DNA of 64,000 nucleotides, from NCBI RefSeq assembly GCF_009914755.1, contig NC_060926.1. The stretch is one strand, 5' to 3'. This DNA is from the human T2T-CHM13v2.0 reference genome, Homo sapiens. The position numbers and the translations under genes are program-made. Shown here piece by piece: positions 13,443-30,539 of the stretch (position 1 is its first letter; each line of letters starts with the position of its first letter). Below the pieces are notes generated by a model. That model did no database searches. It saw nothing but the letters and a program-made list of their open reading frames with translations, and was not told where the DNA came from.

Positions 13443-16400
13443 TATAAGTGCTCTATGCATTTCTGAGGGTTTACTTAATTGTATAATTTTAACACTTTGG
13501 AGCACTTCAAGATTTGAAAGTTTAAAAAATACAATGATGGCTGAGCTATAATTAAGATTTCTGAGACTTACAGGAAATCCTTGTCAAACATTAAAGGAGA
13601 AATAAAATAACTCTAGGACAATGATCAAGAAGGATAGAGAATATTGAAGAAAGGAAAGAATGATTTGAGATTTAAAGAGTCTCATGCCCTAAGATCGATC
13701 ACATAACAATACCAGATGTGAACAATCAGCAAGCTCAAACAAATGCAAAAGAGCAGAACTCAGGAAATAAGTATAAAACCCAGGAGCACTCCAAGACAAG
13801 GTACTGGGGACAAGAGTTAAACACATCGAGTAAAGGCAACCAGATTTAGTCAATAACTATTGATAAGATATTATAGAAGAGCATAGGTTATATTAGTTAC
13901 GAAACCCAGCTTAGATTCTCAACCAAACTAACTAGTTAAGCTTTAGCAGGCCATCTAAATTTGAATAGATTTTTTAAAATGGCTTTTCCTTGGGTATAAT
14001 TTAAAAGATTACACAAATTAGAAATTTCTTGTATTGAAGGTGCTCAAGGCCCAAGTTTGCCATGGATTTAGGTACAACAGACATGACAGATTGTCTACTT
14101 ACTGCTGGAATATAGAAGTAGATGCCCCACCCTGTTCTAGAGATCCCAAAAGTGAACAACAAACATATACACACAGTGAAATAACTTAGGCACCGGTTGC
14201 TTAATATGAGTAAAGTATATACAAAATGACTAGATATCACCCATCTGAAAGATACTATAAATGACTGGCATCTCAAACAGGCAGATTTAAAAGCAGGGGA
14301 GTCTGGCTTTTTGATGAGCTTTATTTTATCAGTATTCCTGCTCCTGATTACAAAGCGCCTGCCGAAGTGTCTGGTATGAAGAAGACATCTAGTAAATGTT
14401 TATGTGAAACTGAGATTTGCAGAAGTAGTGAAAGTGATTATAATCTTAAAAACTAAAATTTAAAAAAAGGTTTAAGAATTATTTAGTCGCGTTTGTATAG
14501 ACTGCATTTTCCCAAAGGGTCTAACAACTTGCTAAGCCTTTGTAGGGGTCATATGGAAATGAACTTGGTCACCCTTTCTGTTTTCTGACATTTGAATTGG
14601 GAGGGCTATTATAAGTGAGCTTCATAATCTCATTTCAATTCACACATCCTCAGGGCAGCTAATTTTTCTTATGCCAGCTGCCTTGTGTTTTTGTTTTAAG
14701 TCTCTAACACTAAAAGCTATCTTGTTTTTTTTCTTAAACCTCAGCCTTCTAGGGAGCCAGTTCCTTTTACAAAAGAAATTGAAAATCCAGTCTCAGTCAC
14801 CCACCCTTTATTTCCCTGAGCTTTTCAAATATGATGGACAAGTTCATCTTTTATATACTTTATTTTTACTACATATTCATTTAGCCTTTTACTAATAGGA
14901 ACATGCTTCAACTTCAGAGAAGAGAGAGAATGCTGGATGTTCCTTTAGAGCCTCAGAAAATTGAAGGTATTTTCAGCAGTGTGTATATGTCTGTAATAGC
15001 AAGAGGCAGACATTACCGTAGTTCACAATACTTCTCACTATAAACATTTATAGAAGTAAATAATTTGCCATCAGAATGCCAGACATTCCAGAGTATGCCA
15101 ATGTTATATAGTTAAATACATTTTATTGATCAAATCAACTGAAGGTAATTTTAAATTATATGTTTTGATCTCTCGTGGCTATAATCAGAAGGTCAACGTG
15201 AAAAGAAAAATAGAGCCATGGTGGAAGGGCAGCAACAACTTCTGTATGTTTTATCACCAGCATATGGTACTTATTCCTGCTCCTGCAATAATTTAAGCAC
15301 TTTGTCATTTCTACTTTCAGTTTATTTTAAGCAGCATTAATACATAAAGATCTATGCAAGTATTTTTACTGGAAGTTTCCCATATGGAGATACTAAAGAA
15401 TTGAACTTAGAGTAACTATTGCTGTATTCAAGGTCAGTCTAACAACCATCACAAGAAAAGTAAAACCTACATTTTATCTAAGGGAAGAAACCAAGAGAAT
15501 ATTAACCTCATTGGTGGACAATATGGCATTTACCAAACACATAATCAAAAGCAATTAGTTTAAATTAACTACACATTGTTTTCAGGTATGTTGTTTACCA
15601 GATAATTCCCGTGGCCTAAATAAATCTTATTCTAAATTTTCATGATCAAAAGAAATCTAAAATCAACTATAAAATAATTGCGCTTTCTTTTGCAAATGCT
15701 CAAGTGCTATGAAAATATAATAATAATATAGGTAAAGGAAGTGCAACACCAACAAATCTCATGTCAATCGCTGTGATAAGACTTGAATCAGAAATGCAGG
15801 AAAGGTATATTTTCATTCTTTTACCTACCATAAGAAATATTTTTGCAACTTCATATGTTAAGCTGATCAGCTAAGACACAATTATATGTAGCAGAACACA
15901 TCAGGAAAATAAAATAAAAGTGCTTATATAATTTACCAAATGATGTTTTTGCTTAGATGAGTGCATAATTATTAAGGCTAAGAGCCAAGTATTATATTTA
16001 TTAATTGTTCACACAGCAGAATTTGTAGTCATTTCTTCTTGTTTATACTTTATAAAAATCAACCTATATTTCCTACAGTATTATTTTAAATTAATGAAAA
16101 TAGTCTGTGTAATAAAATTAGTTCACAAATATTACTGTTCTTTGATGAGTGATAATTTACATTAATGTTTACAAAGTCCTTTATACAAATTTATTATACA
16201 ATTTACAATAAGTAAATTCAATATCTGTAGGTTTGTATGAGGAAAATAGGTCTTGAAATATTTTTTAGAGACACAGATTAAAAACAATACAGATTTTAAA
16301 TTAAACTTATAGTGTGGCACAGAGTCAAGAATAACTCCTTCATTGGGTATTCTTCATTTGTATTTCTGTGTAGCTGTTCTACTAACAGTGATTAAAAACA

Positions 16401-16664
16401 AACAGTTAATAAATCTTTTTCTGAAGCTGGCTTTTGAAATGATATACAATCACATTTTCTTTTGTCTTAAAAGTCTCTATTTTTTGTCTTTCATTTCCAA
16501 ACTGGAGAAAGCTCTTCCTTCTTCCCAGCCCCCAACATCTAGCGTGAAAGCTCTGGGCTTGCCAAAGCTAATTCCTTTCCAAGAAAGGGTAGCACTGCCC
16601 CCTAGTGGACATACAATATACCAAAATAATTGCACAAAAGGGAGAAATAACCATAAAATTTTAA

Positions 16665-17155
<491 letters not shown>

Positions 17156-17309
17156 TGAAATTGTTTCAACTTCAGTAGAAACATAAAATACTATGTTGCT
17201 GTTGCCACTGAAGTGAGCACCAGAAGTCATTCGGATTCCCAAGGCCCACAGTTTTGTGATAACCATTTAAACCTAAACTCAAATATCCAGTCCTATACCC
17301 CCCACTACA

Positions 17310-17530
17310 TCATGTGTCCTTGTAAGTTCTTACAGTATCATTCCTTTTCCTTCACAGTATTTGTCACAGTTTGCAATTCTATGGTGTGATAATTTGCTTA
17401 ATATCTGTTTTACCCACTAACCATGTGAAGGCAGAAACTACCTCTTATGTTCACTATGATATCCTGACCACTTAGCACTGTACTTGGCACAAGAGAGGGA
17501 CACTGGATATATCTGATGAATTAATAAATA
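17310..17530 (+). mobile_element. L2 3' end
   Basis: ccatgtgaaggcagaaactacctcttatgttcactatgatatcctgaccacttagcactgtacttggcaca...gatgaattaataaat. Confidence 0.65.
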
Positions 17531-18486
17531 TGCCAGGAAATTTACTGAGAATAAAAGTGGAGTTGAGGTATACTCTAAAAGTTTAATGGTTTCATGCTAA
17601 TTTCCACTTAATAAGGTGCTCCTGTAGCCATGCCACTAACAACGAAACACAAAAATAAAATCAACACACTGGCAGTTCTGTCTTTATCTACCCTTCCAGT
17701 TTTCAGCTTTCACAATCTGCTTCTCCTTGTTGGTTTTAATATCCTTTTTCTTCAACATGGCATTATGATTTAGCAATGGATCCTTTACCAGAAAGAAATG
17801 AGTATCCGGCTTATAGTCTTAGTAGTGCTATCATCGCCAGCCCATACCCTGACATCTGCACAGAGGGCCCCATATCATTACCCACCTAACTCCCTTTATG
17901 GCATCATCTCTTGTGTGAAAGGACACTCCATACCTCGATTTCCTTATAAACTTCCTGGTCTTCCATTACTTTGTCTCCTACTCCTAACGACAAATTAATT
18001 GCATTTAATGATTTAGTGGGAGATTATATATTTCCCTTAAATTAAATAATTTAATTTTAACTAGATCCTTCAGGGGATAATCACTTAAACCCTGACAGTA
18101 ATTGACATGACTTTACAGAAATAGATAATATTGAGCAGGTGAGATTGTTCATCTTTGAAATCACATGTGCTCAATTTTAATTGTATGGCTGGGTCCCAAG
18201 CAACCAACAAAATCATTGTTTAACCCCAGCTAATTAGCAGTATATATTTTTTTCTCTTTTTAAAACTGGATTATTAACATGATGACTAGTGAAGTTTGTT
18301 GTGACAAGAAAGTACTACTATCACGGCTTTTCTTTGGTGATAAAAGACTTGAATACATACTTATCTATAATCTCCTTAATTGTAGCTGTTTCCCTTAAAA
18401 TAAAAGATGTAGAGGGTAAACACTATGTCTTTGATAGCCTAGATGATAGATACATATATTTTTGATAATGAGATAATTAGACTTAC

Positions 18487-18509
18487 CTGCTTATCACCAG
18501 AAGGCAGAC
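18487..18509 (-). other. Candidate 23-nt micro-exon, antisense to a probable L3/CR1 remnant
   Basis: ttgctttcctttgttttctccttcgatcctag|GTCTGCCTTCTGGTGATAAGCAG|gtaagt. Confidence 0.3.
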
Positions 18510-19909
18510 CTAGGATCGAAGGAGAAAACAAAGGAAAGCAAATCTATGTTCAATATAATAAAATTTCTAAAACATGTTGATGTTGAAAAGACATTGATTT
18601 GTTTATGAGGTTTGATACTCCTGCAGTGTAAGTTGTTTAATTAGATATCAGATGGTCATTTCACAGGAATAAATATTGTAGAACTTATTCCTGGATTTAG
18701 TAGATTTTATGAATAGAGCCCATCGAGCTCTATTAAGGGGCTCAGACAAGTTCATCCAGACTTAGTCTCTTTCCACTTCTTGGTTCTGCTATCAAAAGTG
18801 TACATTTTATTCAGGTAAACTCTCTTAAACTTAGGTTGGCAAGATAGGTACCAACAGTATAAGTTTAACATCCAAACTTAACAGCCATTCCAGTTGAGAT
18901 AGAGCTTTATTTTCCCAGCAACAGTTCGGAAATGGATCTTCATGTCTTGGTATATATAGTGACCAGAATGAATTATATGGCAAGGAAAAATATTTTGATT
19001 AACCATTCGGACCAAGAGATTACAGAAATCAGTCCCACCCAAATCACAAGGACTGAGAGTGAGGAGCAGGAAAGTTCCCCAAAAACCAGAGTATTATTAG
19101 CAAAGGGAAAAATGGAGGTTGGGCAGTCAAAAACAAAAGAATGGTTTATAGTGGGACTTTGATTTCTAAATCAAAGTAAAGATACTTTGATTTCTAAAGT
19201 ATCTTTCAAGTCAAAGATTCTATGATTTACAAATTTCTTTTATTTTCTAAATGTAATTGAGATTAATACTCTCTGAGGACTTCAGATTATTTTTATTTTT
19301 GAAAAAGAATGTTTTTTTAAACCACATTTTCATTGATTTGGGATTTCTTAAAACACTCAATATCAATAAGAATGAGAATATACGTGCATCATCTTTATGA
19401 AAGAGGTCCTCTAGGTAACATTATTCCTCACATCTGAATACGCCATATTGCACTACATCTTTTGCATCTAGTAAAAATCATTTATGATATTTCTTCAAAT
19501 TAGTATTTGTGTTTCTTTCATAGAAAGTCATGAATATGGTAAGAAAGAAGATGATAATATTTGGGAATTCTATTGTCCAAATAAAATCTCACTACTATTG
19601 ATGACTTAAAAATCTTGTCACAAGATTCATTGGGGATGAAGTCACATGCGTTGTTTAGATTCAGAAATGCCTTCAGAAGTCTTAGGATGTTACATTGCTT
19701 GTTCAAAGACCCTTTGCCAATGAAAGAAAGCAATGATTCTGGGAAAGTTAAAGACCTCCATAACCTTCTCTGGAAACAACCCCAAATAATCATTCTAAAT
19801 AATTTGGTGTTGAACACCACAGAATTGTTAATGCGTGTACGAATATTGCTACAAATTTTAGAAGGCGCTGAATTCCCTCTTAAGATAATATTCCACAAAT
19901 GTAGCAAAG

Positions 19910-20075
19910 TGTAGGGATTGAGAGTACAGATTCTGGTGCCCAGCTGCCAAGATTCAGATCCCAGCTTTACTGCCTATTAACTGGCTGACCTCAAGCTGAG
20001 GGTGATAATGGTTGCTACCTAAAAGTAATATTATGAAGATTAAGTGAACTAATATTTATAAAACATTTATAATTA
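19910..20075 (+). mobile_element. MIR
   Basis: gagagtacagattctggtgcccagctgccaagattcagatcccagctttactgcctatt...attatgaagattaagtgaactaat. Confidence 0.7.
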
Positions 20076-21212
20076 CATATATCATATAAATACAACTTAA
20101 AATAGTTTTTGTTTTCCAATTCTGCTTCTGTGGTTTTCAAAGAAATATAATATAGTCATTTTATCAGTAATTAGCCCAATTTTGTCATCTTTACTGTCCC
20201 TTTAACAAATCATCACTTAATATAGGAAGTGGATATTGGAATGTGCCTTTCTCTGGGGATTAATTGTTATTATATTATGTTTTATTACATATTATATTAT
20301 ATTACATTATATTATATTACAGAAGACAATATATCAGGAAAAGAATATAGACCTCTAGAGAGAGAGTTTTTATTTCATGGACTTTATTGCTTCTTCAAAT
20401 ACGTCTGTTTTGCAGATTAGATTATTCACCGAATACTTTGTACTCAATGCTTTGAAGTATGAAAGTATAGTAATTGACCATATTCATCTTGCCATTTTGT
20501 GTGTGACTCTGATTTTATAAATACATATTCTGTCACTGAAGAATAGAAAATTCAACAAATGCAATTTTGCAGCAAGAAAATATGTTTTTAAAATTAGATG
20601 CCATTGTTAAATGAAGAAAGTATCATTTTACACTACTTTAAAAATATTAGCTGAGAAAGTCTGGATGGAAAAGAAACTATATTTGATATGCAATATAAAT
20701 CTATTTTTGTACAGATAAAACAAAGTTAGATGTTAGACGTATTTTTTTTTTCAATTCTCTTGATTCTCATCAATATAATTGCATTGCAATCATTGATCTA
20801 GTCTACATGGGCAATTTGGGAATCAAGTTTGGCACACAACTCTGTGAAGAGGGTACAAAACAGATGCCAGTAAGGAGACATGAGACGAGCTCTAAAGTTA
20901 ATTGGATTCACACTGCTTTATCAACATATAGACCCAGAATTATTTTACAAAATATTGGCTATTTGTTATTCATAAAAGCTGATAACTCCTACCAATCTCA
21001 AAACATACGATGTCTTGCCCATTCAATTTTAGCAAGTAAACTAAAAGAGTAACCAAAGTGGTTTGTTTGTCTGTTTAAAGTTGTTTGATTTATGTTGGTT
21101 AGTCAGAATTTTCTCTTGGGTTCAATAGATCTTGTTTAAAACACAGAACAGCTAATCCTACTTTATACAAATCCTAAAAGAAATTTGGTTCCTAGAGGAC
21201 CGTAAAGTATCA

Positions 21213-21575
<363 letters not shown>

Positions 21576-23304
21576 TCACAAATTACATATTAAACTGTAA
21601 TATAGATGGAATAATACCTTAGATATATTGTCTGTAAATTTTCTTATTTTATTTATTTTTTTAGACTGAATAATACTTTAGATACATTGTCTGTAAATTT
21701 TCTTATTTTAAAATATTCTTGTATTTAATATAGATATTGACCTAAGAATTGCTTCTTTTGAATATCCCTATTAAAATATGTAGGCCACAAATGTTTGATT
21801 CTTTTGAAAATTGAACTAAAAGTATATTTTATTTTCTCAAATGTAGACAATAGCAATGGCATAGCAAGAAGGAATCTTGGACAAAATAATAGCAACACAT
21901 ACGTGTTTACATAAACCACAAGTGCATACATGTTGAAAAAACATATTTGATTATATAAAATATGCTATTTCCTCGCACTCAACTTTGGGTTAAATTTTGT
22001 TACACTTACATGTTATAGCTTGATACTTAAGTATTGCAAACAAAATGGAATGTTTTGATGTTAAAATTTATAACAATCTAAATATACATTCAAAAACAAT
22101 TTTTAAAAAGTCAATGGTCACATTTGCTCACAAACAAATGATAACAAGGAAATAACAAACATGAAACCACAAGTATAATTTGAATATGTTCTAAAAATAT
22201 GGTTTTATTATTTTACAAAATAAATTTTCATGGTGAGAGGTAAGTGATGTTATGAAAATACCAACTAATGTTTTACTCTAGCCAAGATGTTGTATACCAA
22301 GTTTAGGTCTCGGAAAAAAATTTTATAACTGAATTGTAATCCCCCAACGATTGGGATTTAACCTGAAACTGTAATATATTCCTTAGCTATAGAATCGCAA
22401 ATAGGAATCTATGAAACTTAATAGCTGTATACTAATTAGAGTTGAGTGTGATGTATAACTTGGAGACACTGAGGGTCTGGGTCCAGAGCACCTCAATAAA
22501 GTGAATATCACAATAAAGCAAGTCACACGATTTTTTTGTGCATCTAAACTTATGTTTACATTATAATGTAGTCAAGAGTGTGATAGCTTTATGTTTAAAA
22601 AACAATCTTAATTTAAAAATACTTTATTACTAAAAAATGCTAGAAATCATCCGAACTTTAAATGAGTCATAATCTTTTTATTGATGGACAGCCTTGCCTT
22701 GGTGTTGATGGCTGCTGACTGATTAGGCTGCTGATTACTGAAGGCTGAAGTTGCTGTTGCAATTTATTAAAATAAGACAACAATGAAATGTGCTGCATTG
22801 ATCGACTCTTCCTTTCAGGAAAGATTTCTGTGTAGCATGCAATGCTATTTGATAGCATTTTATCCACAGAAGAACTTCTTTCAAAATGGAAGTCAATCCT
22901 CTTAAACCCTACCACTACTTTATCAACTAAGCTTATGTAATATTCTAAGTCACTTACTGTCATTTTAACAATGTTCATACCATCTTCACTACAAGAAGAT
23001 TCCATCTCAAGAAACCACTTTCTTTGTTCTTCCATAAGAGGCAACTCCTTATCTATTTAAGTTTTATTATGAGATGATAGCAATTCAGTCACATCTCCAG
23101 GCTCTACTTCAAATTCTGGTTTTCTTGTCATTTCCACCCCATCTGCAGTTACTTCCTCCACTAAAGTCTTGACCCCTCAAAGTCCCCCATGACAACTGAA
23201 ATCAACTTCTTCCAAACTTCAATGTTGATATTTTGACCTTTCATGAGTCATGATTGTTCTCAATAGTATCTAGAATAGTAATCCTTTCAAGAAAGTTTAC
23301 AATT

Positions 23305-25395
<2,091 letters not shown>

Positions 25396-26020
25396 CAGCA
25401 GGGTGGGATGGAGTTAAAGTGTAAAGTTTTTACTTTTCTCTTTGCTTATTTTTTTCTTTTCTTTGTGATCAGAGATAAGTTATCATCAGTTGGAAATAAT
25501 TTGTTACAAGATGTTATTTGTAAGCCTTATAGTAACCATAAAGCAAAAACCTATAGTAGATCAACAAAAAATAAAAAGCAAGAAATTAAAATATACTATC
25601 AGAAAAATCACTTATATACAAAGGAATACAGGAAGGAAGGAAGGAAAGAAGGAAGGAAGGGAGGGGAAAGAAAGAGATAGAAAGAAAGAAAGAAAAGAAA
25701 GAAAGAAAGAAAGCAAGAAAGAAAGAGAGAAAGAAAGAACCAGAAAACAAATAACAAAATGGCAGTAGTAAGCACTTACCTATCAATAATAACATTGAAT
25801 GTAAATGAACTAAATTCTCCAATCAAAAAACCTACAGCAAATGAATTGATTTTTTAAAAAGACCCAACTATGTGCTACCTACAAGAAACTCAATCCCCCT
25901 ATAATGACACAAATAGACAAAGACACAATAGATAAGGGGATGAAGAAAGATATGCCATACAAAATGGAAGCCAAAAAAGAGAAAGATTATCTACACTTAT
26001 ATTAGATAAAATTGATTTCA
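25396..26020 (+). mobile_element. L1M inter-ORF/ORF2-start fragment with expanded (GGAA/GAAA)n
   Basis: atggcagtagtaagcacttacctatcaataataacattgaatgtaaatgaactaaattctccaatcaaaa (endonuclease N-terminus); purine repeat 25632-25740. Confidence 0.85.
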
Positions 26021-29000
26021 GGTCAATTTACTTTGCCCAGATCCATTGAACGAATCACTATCTATGGCAGCTACAGCCTTAAAAAATGTATTTTTTAAAG
26101 AACAAAACTTGGAAGTCAAAATTTCTCCTTGATCTATAAGCTTCAGAATGGATGTTGTGTTGTGACGCATGAAAATAACATTATTCCCCTTGTACGTCTT
26201 CATCTGAGCTCTTGGGTGATTAGGTGCATTGTCAATGTACAATGATACTTCAAAAGGAATCTTTGTTTTTCCTGAGCAGGAGTTCTCAACAGTGGGCTTA
26301 AAATATTCAATAAATCATGCTGTCAACAGATATGTCTGCCATCCAGGCTTTGCTGTTACATTTATAGAGCCCAGGTAGCAGATTTAGCATAATTATTGAA
26401 GGTCCTAGGATTCTTCAGAATGACAAATGAGCACTGGCTTCAACTTAAAGTCACCAGCTGCATTATCCCCTAACGAGAGAGTCAGTCTTTCTTGTGAAGC
26501 TTTGAAGCCAGGCATTGATTTCTCCTCTCTAGCTATGAAAGTCCCAGATGGCATCTCTTTCCAATAGAAGACTGTTTTGTATTCATTGAAAATGTGTTTT
26601 TTAGTGTAACCACCTTCACCAATGATCTTAGCTAGATCTCCTAGATCATTTGTTACAGCTTCGACATCAATATTTGCTGCTTCACCTTGCATTTTTATGT
26701 TATGGAGACAGCTTCTTTCCTTTAACCTCATGAACCAATGCCTGCTAGCTTCCTACTTTTCTTCAGCAGCTTCCTCATCTCTCAGCCTTCATGGAATTGA
26801 AGAGAGTTAGGGCCTTGCTCTCGATTAGCCTTTGGCTTAAGTGAATGTTGTGGCTGATTTGATCTTCTACCCAAACCATTAAAACTTTCTCTAGATCAGC
26901 AATAGAGCTCTTTTACTTACTTATTATTTGTATGTTCACTAGAGTAGCACTTTTAATTTTCTTCAAGAATTGTTCCGTTGCATTCACAAGTTGGTTAACT
27001 GTTTGGCACACAAGGCCTAGCTTTTGGCCTATCTTGCTTTTTATGTGCCTTCCTCCACTAAGGTTAATTATTTCTATCTTGTGATTTCAAGTCAGAGACA
27101 TGCAAATCTTCCTGTCTTGAACACTTAGATGCCATTGTAGAGTTACCCCAAAACAATCAATAGTAACATTAAAGATCACTGATCACAGATTGCCATAAGT
27201 GATATAATAACAATGAAAAATATTGAAATATCATGAGAATTAGCAAAATGTCACCCAGAGACACAAAGTGAATACCTGCTGTTGGAAAAATCGCATTGAT
27301 AGACTTGTTCCATGCAGGGTCACCACAGACATTCAATTTATAAAAAGCAATCCTCAAAGTGCAATAAAATGAGGTATGCCTATACTATGTAATTATCTCA
27401 AACAGCCTTGATGCTTTCTTAGTGTGTGTTAAGAATAGGGCAACTGCTCAGTAAAACTGAGCACAGCTAAATACTTAAGAATTCAGATGTATAAAACACT
27501 GTATTTCCTCCCTTGTGATCCAACCAATTTAGTATGTGTATTTTAAGCTATAATTTTTTCTTTTGAAAAATAAGCTTTTTTTCTGAAATTATTTAACTTC
27601 TTCCAACACAGTATAAAATGAGCTAAATTTTGATAGATAATTTATTTCAGCTCGCCACCAATGTTCGGGAAACAAGGTCTTCAGGTAAAACAATTCAGTA
27701 GACATTTTAATATTGTTGTTAGATGAAGGAAAAATTATTTGGTTGCAGCAACACATAGTTTAGAAAAAAGGACTACAGAATAATTTGCTTAACTTAGAAA
27801 TCATTATTTCTTCTGTTATTTACATGTAAGTTCTCTCTTTCCAACTGGGTTGGAACTCTCTTGCAACTGGGTTGCAAGACTTGGTAAGATAAAATCACCA
27901 TATGTGTAGCTTTATTTCCCCAATTAATAACTGCTGGTGATAATGGCCTTGTTGATGATACCCATCCACCCTGTCAATTTTTTTTCATGTTAACTGTAGG
28001 TAACTTCTATTTGCATTTTTCTGTTTTTGTAACAAATTTTATCATTATTATAAACAAATCCCTTCTTTTGTTTTCCTGCAATGGCTATATAGGGTTCTAT
28101 TCTTATTTTGTAGGCAACCCTTCTAATGTAGACTTAATTTTAATGAGAAAACTTTGATTTGTTCCCAACTTTCCATTTTAAGGCCCAAAATATGACCTCC
28201 TTTGCTTTCCTCCACATAAGGTTTATATTTTAGGTTTATTGAGAAATCAGAAGGATCAGTAATAAGAGACCAAAAAATGAATTTAGGATTCTAAATGCAG
28301 ATTTTTTAGATTAATAGGAAATGGAAAATGCTATTCCATCTTTTTTTTACAAATTGAAATTTCGTTTCTAGAAGAAAAATTTGTTATACTATGTCAATTT
28401 AATTTTATAAATAAATCACTTTGATAATTCAAAAAGGTAACCTAATACCTTTTCGTAACATGAAACCAAATACATCTTTCCAAATATGAATCTTTAAAGT
28501 GACAGAGGCAAGTTTTTTCTGAAGTTTATATAGAAAACAGGTTTTAGAGTAAATAGTGAAATGACTCTTATCTGGTTTATTTTCACTGAAAGTTATACAC
28601 TGAAAGTTAAAGCAAAGAAAAGCCTTCTATGATTATTACTATTTGATCTATAAGAACCAATTTTCCTATATTGTTCTACATGACATGTGAGGAGAATCAC
28701 TGTCCATCAGTAAATCATAATAATCTGTTGGTATATCAATTGTTATGTATATTTGATAATCTTTGACAATTTTCAATTATTGACATTAGCATTTGAATAA
28801 GAAAAGACATTTGAAGCAAAATTCCTATTTAGAGCATAATTAATGAGTAAGGCCATCCATCTTCATCTATAACATGAAAGGATGAAGATAATCTCTAAAA
28901 CCCCTTGGGGATCGTTAAAAATCTGTAATTCTTGTCTCTGGGCAACTGTTCTCTGCTCTGCATTCCTAGGTATTACAGGGAATCTGCTTTTACTGAGTCT

Positions 29001-29604
29001 TCACAATGGCTTAGGTTTATAAACAAAAATCTAGTTGGAATGATTAACACTTATGAACAATTAGTGGGTAAAATGCAACATTGTTCATCATTACATTGTG
29101 ACGTAATGAGCCAAATTCTTAAGTGGGCTGCTGTACACCAGGCATTCCTAAAGCTATATGTGTATGGGTTTTGAGAAATCTACCCTTAAAATGAAAAAAA
29201 CAGATTTGAGAATGTGTATCTATTATAATTATGAGACAGCAATTCAGCATGAATTCCCTTTTAGAAACTATTTAACACAGGACTTAAAGAATCTAGGAAG
29301 AGAGATAAAAGAGTATTTCTTAAACTTGAGCCATTATGATTTTTTTTTTGTTTCATTTTTAACTATCAGAGAACAAGAAGTACCAGAAACGATGCTTCTA
29401 ACACCTGGTCACAGGCAGACACATACCTGTGAACCTTCTCCAACCAAAGCCATTGTGCTTGATTTGTTTACTAATGAGGATGGGACTGAATGATTAGATG
29501 TCCAAGCCCTATTGCTTCAATCCTACACCAAATAAGCCACCAGAAAGATAATAAAATATTATACAGCTTATTCAACTGGTTACAAAGCAGAAATATTGTG
29601 TTGT

Positions 29605-30215
29605 TAAATTTTTTTATTTTCTTTTTGGTTGACAAATAATAAATATACATATTTATGGAGTACAATGTGATCTTTTGATACATGTCTGCATTTGTGGAAG
29701 GATGGAATCAGGCTAATACATCCATCACCTCACACACTTATCATTTCCCTATAGTGAGAATATTAAAAATCCATTCTTTTATAGTAATTTTGAAATCTAC
29801 AGTACATTATTCACTATAGTCACCATGCTGTACAGATCACCAGAACTTATTTCTCATGTCTAACTAATCTTTGTACCTTTGACCAACATCTCTTTCACCA
29901 TGCACTCTCCTCCCCTCCCCTCTGCTTCTCGTAACCACTATTCTGTTTTCTACTTCTCTAAGAGTTTGACTTTTTTAGATTCCACACAGAAGTGAGATCA
30001 TGTGATATTTGTCTTTCTGTGCCTGGCTTATTTCACATAGCATAATGTCCTCTAGATTCATCCATGTGGTCACAAATGACAGAATTTCTTTCATTTCTAA
30101 GGCCAAATAATATTCCATCATGTACATATACTACTTGTTAAAAATCCACTCACCTGTTGATGAGCACTTCAGTTGCTTCCATATCTTGGCTCTTTTGAAT
30201 AATGCTGCAATGGAA
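29605..30215 (-). mobile_element. L1MA 3' end
   Basis: T-rich tail; tttttagattccacac...gtgagatcatgtgatatttgtctttctgtgcctggcttatttcac. Confidence 0.88.
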
Positions 30216-30539
30216 AAGAGAGGATAGTGGGAGGGATCTTTAGAGACCCAAACAAAAATACGTCGACCCTAAAACTCTTGTTAGGCAAATTTGCTATGCT
30301 TGTACATGTGAGAGCAAACTATCTGTTCTAGCATACTGAGAATCTACGTGTGGTAACTTCATAAACTTTAGTCAAAGCTGCTGTCTGGAGAGTAAAATAA
30401 TCTTCTAAAGAAGCACAGCAAAGGAAATTTAAAACATTTAAATCTTTTTGGCAATCCATTTCAATCGTTTTCTTTGATTCACTGAATTATTGGGATATTA
30501 ATAGAAATTTAATATTTGTTCTTGACTTTTTGGAAAATC

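Noticed and set aside
25408-25822. Lys/Glu/Arg-rich and Phe/Ser/Leu-rich ORFs
   Set aside because: Produced by the (GAAA/GGAA)n repeat inside an L1 fragment.
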